Source of the DNA: an uncultured Candidatus Saccharibacteria bacterium
Lineage (GTDB): Bacteria > Patescibacteriota > Minisyncoccia > Phycocordibacterales > Phycocordibacteraceae
Length of the DNA: 64,000 bases
Assembly: GCA_964593365.1 (NCBI GenBank)
Contig: CAZQGQ010000001.1
Coordinates: 50,153-114,152 of the forward strand
Direction: 5' to 3'
Shown: positions 29,313 through 39,242 of the stretch, piece after piece
Position numbering within the stretch: position 1 is the stretch's first letter
Layout of the letters: the number at the start of each line of letters is the position of its first letter
Translations under genes and position numbers: made by a program
The notes under the pieces: model-generated
Seen by the model: only the letters and a program-made list of their open reading frames with translations
What the model was told of the DNA's origin: nothing
Database searches by the model: none

Positions 29313-30743
29313 ATGAAACGTCTCCCACCGCGCGGCTACCTCATGATCCTGGCACTCGTGTTTGGCGCAGTGTTCATGACCGTGTTTGGCGGCCTCTCGC
29401 TCTTCGTTCTCTCTGAGAACAGGCTCCAGACGCAGACTGAGGAATCGACCGAAGCGTTCTCGCTCGCAGAAGCCGGCTTAGAGTACTACCGCTGGTTCTT
29501 GTCTCACTACCCTAATGACATGCGAAACGGAACAGGGCAGCCCGGTCCGTATGTGGTCTCGTACTCTGATCCGCAAGCAGGGCTCGCAGGGACCGCGACG
29601 CTCACGATCAATGGCAACCTTGCCTGCGGGCAGCTCACTTCAGTTGATATACAGTCGACGGGGACTCCGGCAGACGCGCCAGGCGTTACACGCACGCTTC
29701 GCGCGCGCTACGCTCGGCCATCAGTTGGCACATACTCCTACATCTTGAATGACTCGGTATGGGCTGGAGCTGACCGCGTGATCTTAGGTCCGTATCACTC
29801 AAACGGGGGTGTGCGCATGGACGGCACTGCAAACTCTTCAGTGACAAGTTCTCTTTCCTCTTGGAACTGCAATAGCGATTACGGCTGCTCTCCTACTCAG
29901 GCGAATGCGCACGGCGTCGTTGGGAACGGGCCAAATCAAGATTTGTGGGACTATCCGGTTCCGCAGGTGAACTTCGGCGGCATCAGTGCTGACTTTGGCA
30001 CGCTAAAGACGCTCGCTAATGCAAGCGGAATCTATTTGCCGCGCTTCAGTTCAGGAACGAATACCACTAACGAGCAGTACTGGCGCGGGTATCGGCTCGT
30101 GTTTAACGCAAACGGGACCGTAACTATTTATCGCGTTGATGATCTGACCAGCCAGACGGTAACGCCCATTAATACACAGTCTGGCACTGTCGACTGGGCG
30201 CTCATCGCTGACGATGACTCGTACCAGACACGCACTATTTCTGCGACCTGTGGCCTTATCTTCGTCGAAGACAACGTATGGGTGGAGGGCACGATTCCCT
30301 CGAAGGTGACTCTGGTTGCGGCTAACATCGTGAACGCAAACATTGCGCCTAACGCCTATCTTTCAAACAACATCCGTTATGGGGCGACCGATGGTACGGA
30401 CGGCTTCACGCTCATCGCAGAAAACAACATCCTCATCGTCCCTAACTCCCCGACCAACATGACGTTGAACGGCATCTTCATCGCGCAGGGCGGAGCGTTT
30501 GGCAGAAACTATTACGGCATGCCAGGCACGTATGAGCCCAAAGGAACGCTCACGATCCTCGGGACGACCGTTTCAAACAGACGCACGGGAACTAAGTGGT
30601 GCTTGAATTCCCCGACCTGTACCTCAAATGCAGGCTATCAGTCGCGCATCGATTCCTATGACCGACGTATCGCAAGTGATCCGCCGCCGTTTACGCCGGT
30701 AGTTTCAACCGATTACCAGTTCGTGGATTGGAAGGAGGAATAG
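29313..30743 (+). CDS. PilX/GspK-like minor pilin with large extracellular domain
   Basis: RGYLMILAL, AFSLAEAGLEY, HSNGG. Confidence 0.8.
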   Translation: MKRLPPRGYLMILALVFGAVFMTVFGGLSLFVLSENRLQTQTEESTEAFSLAEAGLEYYRWFLSHYPNDMRNGTGQPGPYVVSYSDPQAGLAGTATLTINGNLACGQLTSVDIQSTGTPADAPGVTRTLRARYARPSVGTYSYILNDSVWAGADRVILGPYHSNGGVRMDGTANSSVTSSLSSWNCNSDYGCSPTQANAHGVVGNGPNQDLWDYPVPQVNFGGISADFGTLKTLANASGIYLPRFSSGTNTTNEQYWRGYRLVFNANGTVTIYRVDDLTSQTVTPINTQSGTVDWALIADDDSYQTRTISATCGLIFVEDNVWVEGTIPSKVTLVAANIVNANIAPNAYLSNNIRYGATDGTDGFTLIAENNILIVPNSPTNMTLNGIFIAQGGAFGRNYYGMPGTYEPKGTLTILGTTVSNRRTGTKWCLNSPTCTSNAGYQSRIDSYDRRIASDPPPFTPVVSTDYQFVDWKEE

Positions 30744-30748
30744 CAACT

Positions 30749-31276
30749 TTATGAAGCAGCCGTTTTTTGTGTCGGTAGAACAAAGATTGCATATACACAA
30801 ACCAACGCAGAGAGGATTTGTAATCCTGCGAATATGTATTGATCGTGGAAGAAAGAAGCGTAAGAGGTTGCGACGTGTGCAATGGTAAATAGTAGCCAAC
30901 CGTACGTCTTGTGCGTTGTGCTAAGCAAGTAGCCACCCCAAATAAAAGAAAGGGACGAAATTGCTTCGATGAACGTGAGATATCCAGTAAAGAAGAAGTA
31001 GCAGAGCAAAACTGTGAGTGCGCTCATTACAAGATTGATATGTAGCATTCTTTCTTTCGATGGATTCACGTGGCGAACATAGCCATAGAGCATAACGATG
31101 AAGAAGCCTAATTCAGCAATGGCCAAGATCTTCAGGTCAATTGCCCAAAAGTAAAAACCACTAAGCAACCCAATTGCCATTCCAGATGCCCATCCAGATT
31201 TTTTCCCAAGGAACAAGAGAACCTTGTTTACTACGCTTAAGAGTCCTAGGAATATGGATACGGCGAGCAATATCAT
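30749..31276 (-). CDS. PnuC/SWEET-like membrane transporter (nucleoside/vitamin uptake-like)
   Basis: Two internal 3-TM repeats (KKSGW...YGY and KTYGW...YAI). Confidence 0.55.
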   Translation of the reverse strand: MILLAVSIFLGLLSVVNKVLLFLGKKSGWASGMAIGLLSGFYFWAIDLKILAIAELGFFIVMLYGYVRHVNPSKERMLHINLVMSALTVLLCYFFFTGYLTFIEAISSLSFIWGGYLLSTTHKTYGWLLFTIAHVATSYASFFHDQYIFAGLQILSALVCVYAIFVLPTQKTAAS

Positions 31277-31294
31277 ATACGCAATCTTACAACA

Positions 31295-32113
31295 CTATGG
31301 ATAGGTTAGTTTTCCCTCTCCTTTGTTTTCCGGAAGTGTACTGTCGATATAACGGAAGAGAGCCTTAATTGTCTCTGCGATTTTCTTGTCAGTTACAATC
31401 ATCGCCCACGGATGGTCTTCAGCGAACGAAATAATAAGAGCTTTATCGTCGTAAGCTGCGAGCTCGATATCAAAATCGAATTCTTTTGGCAAGAATTTAG
31501 TTACACGCAATTGCTGGTCATCAAATTTAGTCATCTCGCGTGACTTAGGACTATCAACTGCAAGTGCGAGCCATTTTATCCCTGCGGCAGGGCGTTTCTT
31601 TAAAATGTAATCAATCCAGTCCATCCCCATGAGGTTGTAGATTGCGTGGATACCAGTGAAACCATAAACAACTTTTTCTTTGTTGTCGTGTACCAGATCT
31701 TCGTACGCTTGTTTGATACCCTCAGCACCGTCAAAGAATTCAAAGTGAGGTCGATAACGTTCTTCTGTATTCCGGAGACGAGCAATCTCAGGTACTACTT
31801 CTGAGACGCGCTTGATGTTTCGGAGAAGTCGTTCTTGCGCACGTTCAAGATAGTCAACCAAAAGGTGTGGTTGTATAGATTGAAAAAGGAGCACTCCGCG
31901 TTCTTCGGAAGAAGTCACGAGACCTTTCTCAATAAGTGACTTTAAGATTCCGTAAAGCGTTGTGCGGTTGAAGTGAGTACGTTTTGCGATGTCGGTTGCA
32001 CGGAGGCCGGAACTTTGTCTTAAAAGAAACACAAAAACTTTAATCTCAGTATCGGAAAGCCCGCTATCCTTCAGGGTCTCAACAAGTGTCTGATCAATTT
32101 TCTCTCGAGTCAT
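31295..32113 (-). CDS. TrmB-family regulator (module 2)
   Basis: GLSDTEIKVF...NRTTLYG..LIEKGL; PHFEFFDGAEGIKQAY; YDDKALIISF. Confidence 0.9.
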   Translation of the reverse strand: MTREKIDQTLVETLKDSGLSDTEIKVFVFLLRQSSGLRATDIAKRTHFNRTTLYGILKSLIEKGLVTSSEERGVLLFQSIQPHLLVDYLERAQERLLRNIKRVSEVVPEIARLRNTEERYRPHFEFFDGAEGIKQAYEDLVHDNKEKVVYGFTGIHAIYNLMGMDWIDYILKKRPAAGIKWLALAVDSPKSREMTKFDDQQLRVTKFLPKEFDFDIELAAYDDKALIISFAEDHPWAMIVTDKKIAETIKALFRYIDSTLPENKGEGKLTYP

Positions 32114-32121
32114 AATAACTG

Positions 32122-32228
32122 TTGTCGGAATTTATCAACAATAATACCCTTCTGCTTGACAAAGAACAAGTAGGGAACATACTTTCGTCCAAGTGCGCAT
32201 TTATAATTTTGTCGGATAATATGAACAA
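32122..32228. promoter_or_regulatory. Paired operator-like palindromes TTGTCG-N8-(C/G)AACAA
   Basis: TTGTCG gaatttat CAACAA 32122-32141; TTGTCG gataatat GAACAA 32209-32228, overlapping the SBP start codon. Confidence 0.6.
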
Positions 32229-33348
32229 AAATTGGCTGATCTCGGCAGTTGTACTTGTTGTTGTGATTATCGGCGGTTGGCTTCTGTTAAAAGAAGGTAA
32301 CCAGGGCACATCAGAAACGGGCCCAATTAAGATTGGTGTTTCGGTTCCGCTTACGGGCGAAGCGGCGAGTTATGGAGAGGCTGGACGTGCTGGTCTGATG
32401 TTGGCTTTAAAAGAAATAAATGATGCTGGCGGTATTGATGGGCGTTCCGTTGAACTAATTATTGAAGACGATAAATGTAGTTCTGCGAGCGTTAGTGCAT
32501 ATCAGAAACTTATCAACGTAGACAAGGTGGTCGCCATTATTGGGCCAGTGTGTTCTCCGGCTGCAGGACCAGCTAACCCTATCGCACGTGAGGCAGGGGT
32601 TCCAAGTATTATGATTGGCGCTTCGGCTCCGGGTCTTGCTGGAGGGGACGACTCTGTTTTCAGCGGATATGCGTCAGACGCTCTTCAGGGACAGTTCGTT
32701 GCAGAGTACGTATACAACACTCTCGAGAAAAGAAACGTTGCTGTCATGTATGAAAACAACGACTGGGGCAAGGGCATCCAGGAAGTCTTCACTAAGCGCT
32801 TCAAGGAACTCGGTGGCACCATCGTGTTTATCGAAGGGGCAGCTCAAGGTTCAAAGGACGTTAAGTCTATTCTCGCGAAAGTTAAAGCAGCCAATCCAGA
32901 CATGATCTACATGCCTGCGTTCCCTGCACTTGCTACGATCGCTATGAAGCAGATGAAAGAGCTTGAAATTACCGCCCCTGTGATCGGTGGTGATGCCTTT
33001 GAATCTGAAGAATTCTTGACTTCGGGTTTTGCTGACGGTGTCATGTATATCACTGGCGCCGTGGGTAACCCGGATGACTTCCAGGCAAAGGTTAAGGCGG
33101 TATCAGGAGACGACGCGATTATAAACATCGTCACCCCTCTTGGTTACGATGCGCTTAAAATACTCGCGAAGGTTATCGACGAGCGCGGAAGTACAAAGCC
33201 AGAAAGCATAATTGCAGGCCTAAAAGCACTCAGCTACACGGAAGGAATTTCATTTCCAATGATTAGCTTTGATGCTAATGGCGATCTTAGGGAAGCAGCA
33301 TACGATGTGAAAATCGTTCGTGGGACTGAATCCGAAATCGTTAAATAA
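32221..33348 (+). CDS. LivJ-type substrate-binding protein (module 2)
   Basis: IKIGVSVPLTG, EDDKCS, GPVCS, LGYDA; start MNKNWL. Confidence 0.92.
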   Translation: MNKNWLISAVVLVVVIIGGWLLLKEGNQGTSETGPIKIGVSVPLTGEAASYGEAGRAGLMLALKEINDAGGIDGRSVELIIEDDKCSSASVSAYQKLINVDKVVAIIGPVCSPAAGPANPIAREAGVPSIMIGASAPGLAGGDDSVFSGYASDALQGQFVAEYVYNTLEKRNVAVMYENNDWGKGIQEVFTKRFKELGGTIVFIEGAAQGSKDVKSILAKVKAANPDMIYMPAFPALATIAMKQMKELEITAPVIGGDAFESEEFLTSGFADGVMYITGAVGNPDDFQAKVKAVSGDDAIINIVTPLGYDALKILAKVIDERGSTKPESIIAGLKALSYTEGISFPMISFDANGDLREAAYDVKIVRGTESEIVK

Positions 33349-33360
33349 AAGGAGAAATAG

Positions 33361-33392
33361 CAAAACCGGCCGCTACTGTGCGGCCGGTTTTG
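33361..33392. terminator. Bidirectional terminator between modules 2 and 3
   Basis: CAAAACCGGCCGC-tactgt-GCGGCCGGTTTTG. Confidence 0.75.
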
Positions 33393-34206
33393 CTTTGTAG
33401 TTTTCGGTCCCAAGTTCTTGGGCTCCCTTCCATGCAAGATCAAAGATGATTCGCATCATACGATGCAAGGACTTGTCTTCGATGATAAACCCCGAAGGGT
33501 GGCGAGGATTAAGATTTGTAATAAGCATCTTGCTGTCGCCATAGATAATAATCTCTCCCTCAAGCGGAAAATCTTTTGGCGGGAGATAACGTACTTTAGG
33601 TTTAAAACGTGAAGGAACATCCGAATGCACATCTTCAACAACTACCCGCGATTCTTCCGTTGCGGGAAGTATCCCACGAACCGTTATTCCTATCTCAACC
33701 TTACGTTTGCGAAATTTCCGATAGTATTTCTCATCAAGAAATTCGAGAATGTTTGCTGAGTTAGCGATACTAAGTAATTCGTAAGGCTTATCACCTGCGA
33801 CTAAATCGTCGTAAACCGATAGTACCCCCTCTGCTCCTTCAAAATATAGCAACCGCGGTTTATTAGTGTGGTCGGCAAAGTATCCTTGGAGTTCAGGTAA
33901 CAGACTCTGTACTTGCTCCACCGCATCATTTGCGTTTGCCGCATTTCGCTCTGCAAGACGGAGAAGTTTTTTAGGGTTATCAATCTGATAATAAATCTTC
34001 TTTCCGCGTTCAATCTCGTTTACGAGCCCTTTTACACTTAGGTCTGTAAGGATCTTGTAGACCGTACTTCGATTAACACGTGTCTCAGTAGCTATATCAG
34101 AGGGATATGCCCCTCCCATCTCTAGAAGGTAGGAATAAATTATTGACGCTTTCTGTGAAAGCCCGGTTTCCTGGAGGTTGGCTACAATCCGTTTAGCAAG
34201 TTCCAT
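33373..34206 (-). CDS. TrmB-family regulator (module 3)
   Basis: GLSQKASIIY...NRSTVYK..LSVKGL; PRLLYFEGAEGV; IYGDSK. Confidence 0.9.
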   Translation of the reverse strand: MELAKRIVANLQETGLSQKASIIYSYLLEMGGAYPSDIATETRVNRSTVYKILTDLSVKGLVNEIERGKKIYYQIDNPKKLLRLAERNAANANDAVEQVQSLLPELQGYFADHTNKPRLLYFEGAEGVLSVYDDLVAGDKPYELLSIANSANILEFLDEKYYRKFRKRKVEIGITVRGILPATEESRVVVEDVHSDVPSRFKPKVRYLPPKDFPLEGEIIIYGDSKMLITNLNPRHPSGFIIEDKSLHRMMRIIFDLAWKGAQELGTENYKAKPAAQ

Positions 34207-34355
34207 AACGTTTAGAGAAGTGTATCATTATTTGTCACTTCATACGAACAAAATTAATATCAAGCTTAAAAGAGAGCCTACATTAAGCATATTTGTGTTA
34301 TTTGAAGGTAGCAAACGCGTACACCATTTGACACATATGTGTAAATGTCCGGTAT

Positions 34356-35456
34356 ATGAAAACAAACACACTGCTTGTTATAGGGGTCTTGATTGTCGTG
34401 GTTGTGGGCGGCTGGTTCGTTCTTAACGAAAAGGATGGATCAGAACAATCTGAAACCGTTAAAATCGGCCTTATTCTTCCTCTAACCGGGGATCTTGCTC
34501 ACTTCGGAGAGGCGGGACAACGGGCTGCCTCTCTCGCTATTGAGGAAATCAATGCAAACACAGGATTCAGCTATAACTATGAACTTGTAATCGAAGATGA
34601 CTCATTCGATGCAAGAAAAACAGCAAGTGCACTCAATAAGCTAATCAGTGTTGATAGAGTAGATGCGGTTGTCAGTGTTGGTTCCGGCCCAGGCAACGTG
34701 GTAGCCCCCATTGTTGAGAAGAATAAAATCCCCCATATTGGTCTTGCGTCTGATCCTGTTGTTTCGGATGGGGAATACAACTTCATCCATTGGACTCGAC
34801 CTCAAGAAGAAGTAGACACCATGCTTACTGAACTTAAGGAGCGTGGTCTAACCCAGGTTGCAGTTATGGGTGTCAATCACCAAGGCTTTCAAGCGATAAC
34901 AGATGACTTCAAGGCAAAGGCGTCTAAAGCTGGAATTACGATAGTAAGCGATCAACTCTTTAACACGGGTGAGACTGACTTTAAAACAGTCATCGTAAAC
35001 TCACAGCGCACCAACCCAGACGTCTATCTTCTTGGAGCGTTTAGTCCTGAAGTCGAAATCCTCGCAAAGCAAATGAAAGAGCTTGGCATAACCAAACCAC
35101 TAACCTCAATTGAATCGTTTGGACTTAGTGCAACACCAGAAGTGTTTGAAGGGCACTGGTTTATTGATTCCGCCGTTGTCACTGGGGGATTCAGCGATAA
35201 GTATCGTGCAAAATACAATGCCGCCGTCGGTCCTACTGCTGCCAACATCTATGACGCGCTTAATCTAATAGTGCTCGCTACGGAGGAAGCAGGTAAAGAT
35301 AATCGCCCAACCGGGACTGACATTGCTGTTGCTCTTGGAAAAGTAAAAGGATATTCAGGCGCATTTGGTCCTCTTTCTGTTAGTCCAGAGGGACAGTTCA
35401 TCTCACAGCCTTCAGTAAAGATAATTAGCAACGGGAAACCGACGGAGGTTGAGTAA
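34356..35456 (+). CDS. LivJ-type substrate-binding protein (module 3)
   Basis: VKIGLILPLTG, IEDD, TGETDFKT, YDA. Confidence 0.92.
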   Translation: MKTNTLLVIGVLIVVVVGGWFVLNEKDGSEQSETVKIGLILPLTGDLAHFGEAGQRAASLAIEEINANTGFSYNYELVIEDDSFDARKTASALNKLISVDRVDAVVSVGSGPGNVVAPIVEKNKIPHIGLASDPVVSDGEYNFIHWTRPQEEVDTMLTELKERGLTQVAVMGVNHQGFQAITDDFKAKASKAGITIVSDQLFNTGETDFKTVIVNSQRTNPDVYLLGAFSPEVEILAKQMKELGITKPLTSIESFGLSATPEVFEGHWFIDSAVVTGGFSDKYRAKYNAAVGPTAANIYDALNLIVLATEEAGKDNRPTGTDIAVALGKVKGYSGAFGPLSVSPEGQFISQPSVKIISNGKPTEVE

Positions 35457-35468
35457 AAGTGAATTCCG

Positions 35469-35494
35469 AAACCGCCCGCATATGCGGGCGGTTT
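35469..35494. terminator. Bidirectional terminator between modules 3 and 4
   Basis: AAACCGCCCGC-atat-GCGGGCGGTTT. Confidence 0.75.
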
Positions 35495-35496
35495 TC

Positions 35497-36255
35497 TTAT
35501 TTAGAGACACTCTTTTTTTCCGAAGGAAGTGTTTCCCAAATCACCTTGAACCATGTTCGGAAACTGTCAGCGATGTTTTGGTTCACAATGACCGTATAGG
35601 TTGCAGATTCATCTATTACGCCCGGTTCGATATTGGAGAAGATAATAATGCGGTCTTTGAGAATCTCAACGGCAGAGTTAGTTGATCGAGAAGATGGGAA
35701 GAACTTATTGTCAGACATATCGAGTACGGAGGGAACTGCGGCTCTGGCCTCGTGGTCGAAGATGGCGTAGAAAGTTATGTTCTTCCGTCGAACTTCTTTT
35801 ACAAATTGATCATAGAAGGACGCAATTCGTTTATCTCCCCATGCGCCCTTGGCTCCAAGGGTGTGGACGTCTTCACCTGCGCGCAAAATCTCGCGCATGT
35901 AATTCTTCCAACCTTCAAGTCCGCGATACACATATGTCGCATCTGTTTTGTTTATCACACGGTACTTTGCCTCAAGGTCAGGCATGATCTTCTCAAGAGC
36001 AGTCTCCTTCTCTTTGATGAGCTCCATCAGTTTCTTGGGATCAACCGCCTGGTAACGGTTCTCACCCGTCTGAAGTATTTCAAAAACCACACCCTTCTCT
36101 ATAAGGCGATTCAGAGAGTCATAAACGTTTCTGCGGTTTACCCCTGAATGGACCGCAATCTTACTTACCGACATCTCTCCTTCAGAGAGAAGGGATTCGT
36201 AGATTCGTGCCTCGTTTTTGGAGAAGTTGAGCTGGGTGAGAACGTCAGTAAACAT
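35497..36255 (-). CDS. TrmB-family regulator (module 4)
   Basis: FSKNEARIY...NRRNVYDSLNRLIEKG; YRGLEGWKNY; start MFTDVL. Confidence 0.9.
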   Translation of the reverse strand: MFTDVLTQLNFSKNEARIYESLLSEGEMSVSKIAVHSGVNRRNVYDSLNRLIEKGVVFEILQTGENRYQAVDPKKLMELIKEKETALEKIMPDLEAKYRVINKTDATYVYRGLEGWKNYMREILRAGEDVHTLGAKGAWGDKRIASFYDQFVKEVRRKNITFYAIFDHEARAAVPSVLDMSDNKFFPSSRSTNSAVEILKDRIIIFSNIEPGVIDESATYTVIVNQNIADSFRTWFKVIWETLPSEKKSVSK

Positions 36256-36258
36256 TGA

Positions 36259-36294
36259 GGTGTAGATTATCACCATATGGCCATATATGCCACT
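36259..36294. promoter_or_regulatory. Tandem operator-like sites GGTG-N8-CACC
   Basis: GGTG tagattat CACC atat GGcc atatatgc CACt; same layout as 45210-45245. Confidence 0.6.
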
Positions 36295-36356
36295 CATGAG
36301 TAATAACTTACGCTTCCCCGGCATTGGCAGTTACTAAACCCCTGCCAGTAAAACGT

Positions 36357-37436
36357 ATGAAAACAAAGGTTATTTTCGGTTTGCTGGCGATTGTGGCAGT
36401 CGCCCTGCTTATCGGCACGTCAGACAAGGAAGCTGATTCTGAGTCAGAAATCAAGATTGGAGTGGTAACTCCTCTCACCGGAGGGGCTGCCTATTGGGGA
36501 GAATCTTCTCTCGTTGGAATCAGGCTCGCAGAGCAGGAACTCCAAGAGAAAGGGATTCCGGTCCGGGTGATTGTTGAAGATGGGGAGCTTGATCCGAAGC
36601 TTGCCCTAAGCGGTGCACAGAAGCTCGTGAATATAGATGGCATTGATGCCATGTATACCGAGTTCAATCCGGCCGTCATCGCAGTAAGCTCGTTCCTTCA
36701 AGATAAAGATCTTATCCAGATCTGCAACGCGACTCCGGTTTCCCCACTTGCTCTAAGCGAAAACTTCTTCAAAACGTACTTAGATTACGAAGAAAGCTGC
36801 GAGCAAGTGGCGAACGTCCTGCAAGGTCGTGGCCACACGAAAGTTGGGGTTCTGAAAATGAACCTCGAACACGGAGACCTGTGCTTGAAAGGAATACGAA
36901 ACGTGTTTGGCGATAACGTTGTGGTCGAAAACTACAACACTGGAATAGTTGACTTCCGGACCCCTCTTGCAAAGCTTGAAGCCTCCGGAGTCCAGGTCAT
37001 CTTCCACGCTGCGTTTCAGGCCGAGACGTTGGCATCGCTACGAAATATGCGCGAGCTTGGGATGTCGCAGCCGTTCGTCGGCCTTGCTGAGACCATGACT
37101 CCTGGTGTCGCTGAGGAGTTCGAAGACGTGCTAGAGGGGGCTGTAGTCTTTGGGCTTCCGACAGTGTCTCCTGACCTACTTGCAAGACTGAATACGGTTG
37201 CGGTCGATGAGAAGCTTGTAGACCAAAATGCGGCTGCTCTCGCGTATCTTCATATCACGCAACTTGGCGAGGCTCTTAGCGAGTGTAAAAAAGAGACAGC
37301 CTGTGTACGAGAGAAGTTGAAACAGTCCCCCGCGAATGCAGGCGTAGGATTCCAGGGTTTTACGGATCGCATTGCCGGGTTCGATACGCTCATCCAGGAA
37401 TGGAAAGATGGGCAATTTGTCCCCGTTTCTGAATAG
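36357..37436 (+). CDS. Divergent LivJ-type substrate-binding protein (module 4)
   Basis: IKIGVVTPLTG, VEDG, DFRTPLAK; start MKTKVI. Confidence 0.88.
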   Translation: MKTKVIFGLLAIVAVALLIGTSDKEADSESEIKIGVVTPLTGGAAYWGESSLVGIRLAEQELQEKGIPVRVIVEDGELDPKLALSGAQKLVNIDGIDAMYTEFNPAVIAVSSFLQDKDLIQICNATPVSPLALSENFFKTYLDYEESCEQVANVLQGRGHTKVGVLKMNLEHGDLCLKGIRNVFGDNVVVENYNTGIVDFRTPLAKLEASGVQVIFHAAFQAETLASLRNMRELGMSQPFVGLAETMTPGVAEEFEDVLEGAVVFGLPTVSPDLLARLNTVAVDEKLVDQNAAALAYLHITQLGEALSECKKETACVREKLKQSPANAGVGFQGFTDRIAGFDTLIQEWKDGQFVPVSE

Positions 37437-37496
37437 GTCGCTACCAACGTTTACCGCCCGTCTATACGGGCGGTTTTCGTTTATACTAGGGAAAAC

Positions 37497-38372
37497 ATGG
37501 ACATCGTCCCGCAGCTTATCGTCAACAGCCTCATCGCAGGCTCTCTCTACGCGCTTGTCGCGATGAGCTTCAATCTCATCTTCGGCGCGACCAAGTTCTT
37601 CAATCTCTCGCACGGCGTCTTGGCCGCTGTAGGCGGATATACCGCCTTCTTCCTTGGAACGACGCTTGGAGCTCCGGTTTCAGTTGCGGTAGCTGGGGCA
37701 GTGATTGCTGCTGCGGCAATCGGATATGGATTCGAGTTCTTTATCTTCCGCCCGCTTCGAAAACGAAAGGCATCAAACCTCGTTCTCCTCGTTGCTTCCT
37801 TAGGAGCCTTTACCGCAGTTGAGGCCATTATTGCCATTCTCTTCACGAGCCAATTCCGAACGCTTTCCTCGCTTACCGGAACGCCAGGCGTCGTCCACCT
37901 TGGAACAGGCGTGATGACGTATGTGCAGGTAGTCATCCTTGCTTCAGCCGTAGCAATCCTAATTCTTCTCTGGCTCGTGCTCACGCGTACTTCCTTTGGA
38001 AAGGCGGTACGAGCCGTCTCTGATGATGAAGAGGTCGCAAAGATTGTTGGAATTAATACGAACAAGATCATCGGCATCGTTTTTATCGTAGGATCTGCGA
38101 TCGCAGGACTTGCTGGCGTATTCGCTGGCATGGATACGGGCATCGAGCCTCGCATGGGCTTCGTACTTCTATTGAAGGGAGTTATCGCTGCAATTGTTGG
38201 CGGCATTGGAAGCGTGTATGGCGGATTCCTGGGAGCCTTCCTTCTTGGCTTTGCCGAGAACTTCGGTATTTGGTACATCAGCGGAGAGTGGAAGGACGCG
38301 ATCGCTTTTGCGATTCTGATCATCTTCTTGCTTGTACGCCCGCAAGGAATCTTGGGTAAGAAGAAAACATAA
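37497..38372 (+). CDS. livH: HAAT-family ABC transporter permease
   Basis: GSLYALVA, FNLSHG, FGKAVRAVS, VGGIGS, LVRPQGILG. Confidence 0.95.
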   Translation: MDIVPQLIVNSLIAGSLYALVAMSFNLIFGATKFFNLSHGVLAAVGGYTAFFLGTTLGAPVSVAVAGAVIAAAAIGYGFEFFIFRPLRKRKASNLVLLVASLGAFTAVEAIIAILFTSQFRTLSSLTGTPGVVHLGTGVMTYVQVVILASAVAILILLWLVLTRTSFGKAVRAVSDDEEVAKIVGINTNKIIGIVFIVGSAIAGLAGVFAGMDTGIEPRMGFVLLLKGVIAAIVGGIGSVYGGFLGAFLLGFAENFGIWYISGEWKDAIAFAILIIFLLVRPQGILGKKKT

Positions 38373-38375
38373 TTT

Positions 38376-39242
38376 ATGGAATATCTTATTCACCTGGCGA
38401 TCCTGTTCTCGATCTTCGCAATATTGGCTGTATCTCTCCAGCTTCTTGTCGGATACACCGGCCTTCTCTCCGTTGCCCATGCCGCTTTCTACGGTATCGG
38501 GGCATACGTAGTTGCGCTCACTCTTTCCAATACCGGGTTTGGATTTTTCCCAGCGCTTCTCATGGGAATACTCATAAGCGCGGCAGCGGCCTTCTTGATT
38601 GGTCTGGTGCTCTCGAAGTTCCGTGATGATTACTACGCGCTTGGCTCCCTAGGCTTCAACGTCATCGTATTCTCGATATTCCTTAACTGGCAGGAGGTAA
38701 CACGGGGTCCGCTAGGTATCCCGGGAATCGATCGGCCACAGCTCTTTGGTTTTGTTTTTTCAGAGAACATCGCCTTCCTTATTCTTGCTCTCGTATTTCT
38801 CCTCATTATTTATGGGATCGGGAAATTCATAACGGAGTCTTCTTTCGGGCGCGCGCTCCAGGCGATACGCGAGGACGAACAGGCGCTTTCAGTATTCGGG
38901 TACCGCACCTCATGGTTCAAGCTTGCGATCTTTGTCGTGAGCGCCGCGATGGCGTCAGTTGCAGGCGGACTCTTCGCTTCCTATATAACGTTCATTGATC
39001 CAAGCTCGTTCACGATCGTTGAGTCGATCTTCATGCTCTCCCTTATTATCCTTGGCGGACTCGGTACGCTTCGTGGAGCTATCCTTGGCGCTCTCGTGCT
39101 CATCCTCCTTCCGGAAGCGCTTCGCTTCGTTGGCTTTACGCCAGACATCGCAGCCCAGATGCGCCAAGTGATCTACGGCCTCATGCTCGTCCTTCTTATG
39201 CTGTATCGGCCGCAGGGACTGGTTGGTAAGTACAAGCTTTAG
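38376..39242 (+). CDS. livM: HAAT-family ABC transporter permease
   Basis: GYTGLLSVAHAAFYGIGAY, FGRALQAIREDE, LGGLG, YRPQGL. Confidence 0.95.
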   Translation: MEYLIHLAILFSIFAILAVSLQLLVGYTGLLSVAHAAFYGIGAYVVALTLSNTGFGFFPALLMGILISAAAAFLIGLVLSKFRDDYYALGSLGFNVIVFSIFLNWQEVTRGPLGIPGIDRPQLFGFVFSENIAFLILALVFLLIIYGIGKFITESSFGRALQAIREDEQALSVFGYRTSWFKLAIFVVSAAMASVAGGLFASYITFIDPSSFTIVESIFMLSLIILGGLGTLRGAILGALVLILLPEALRFVGFTPDIAAQMRQVIYGLMLVLLMLYRPQGLVGKYKL

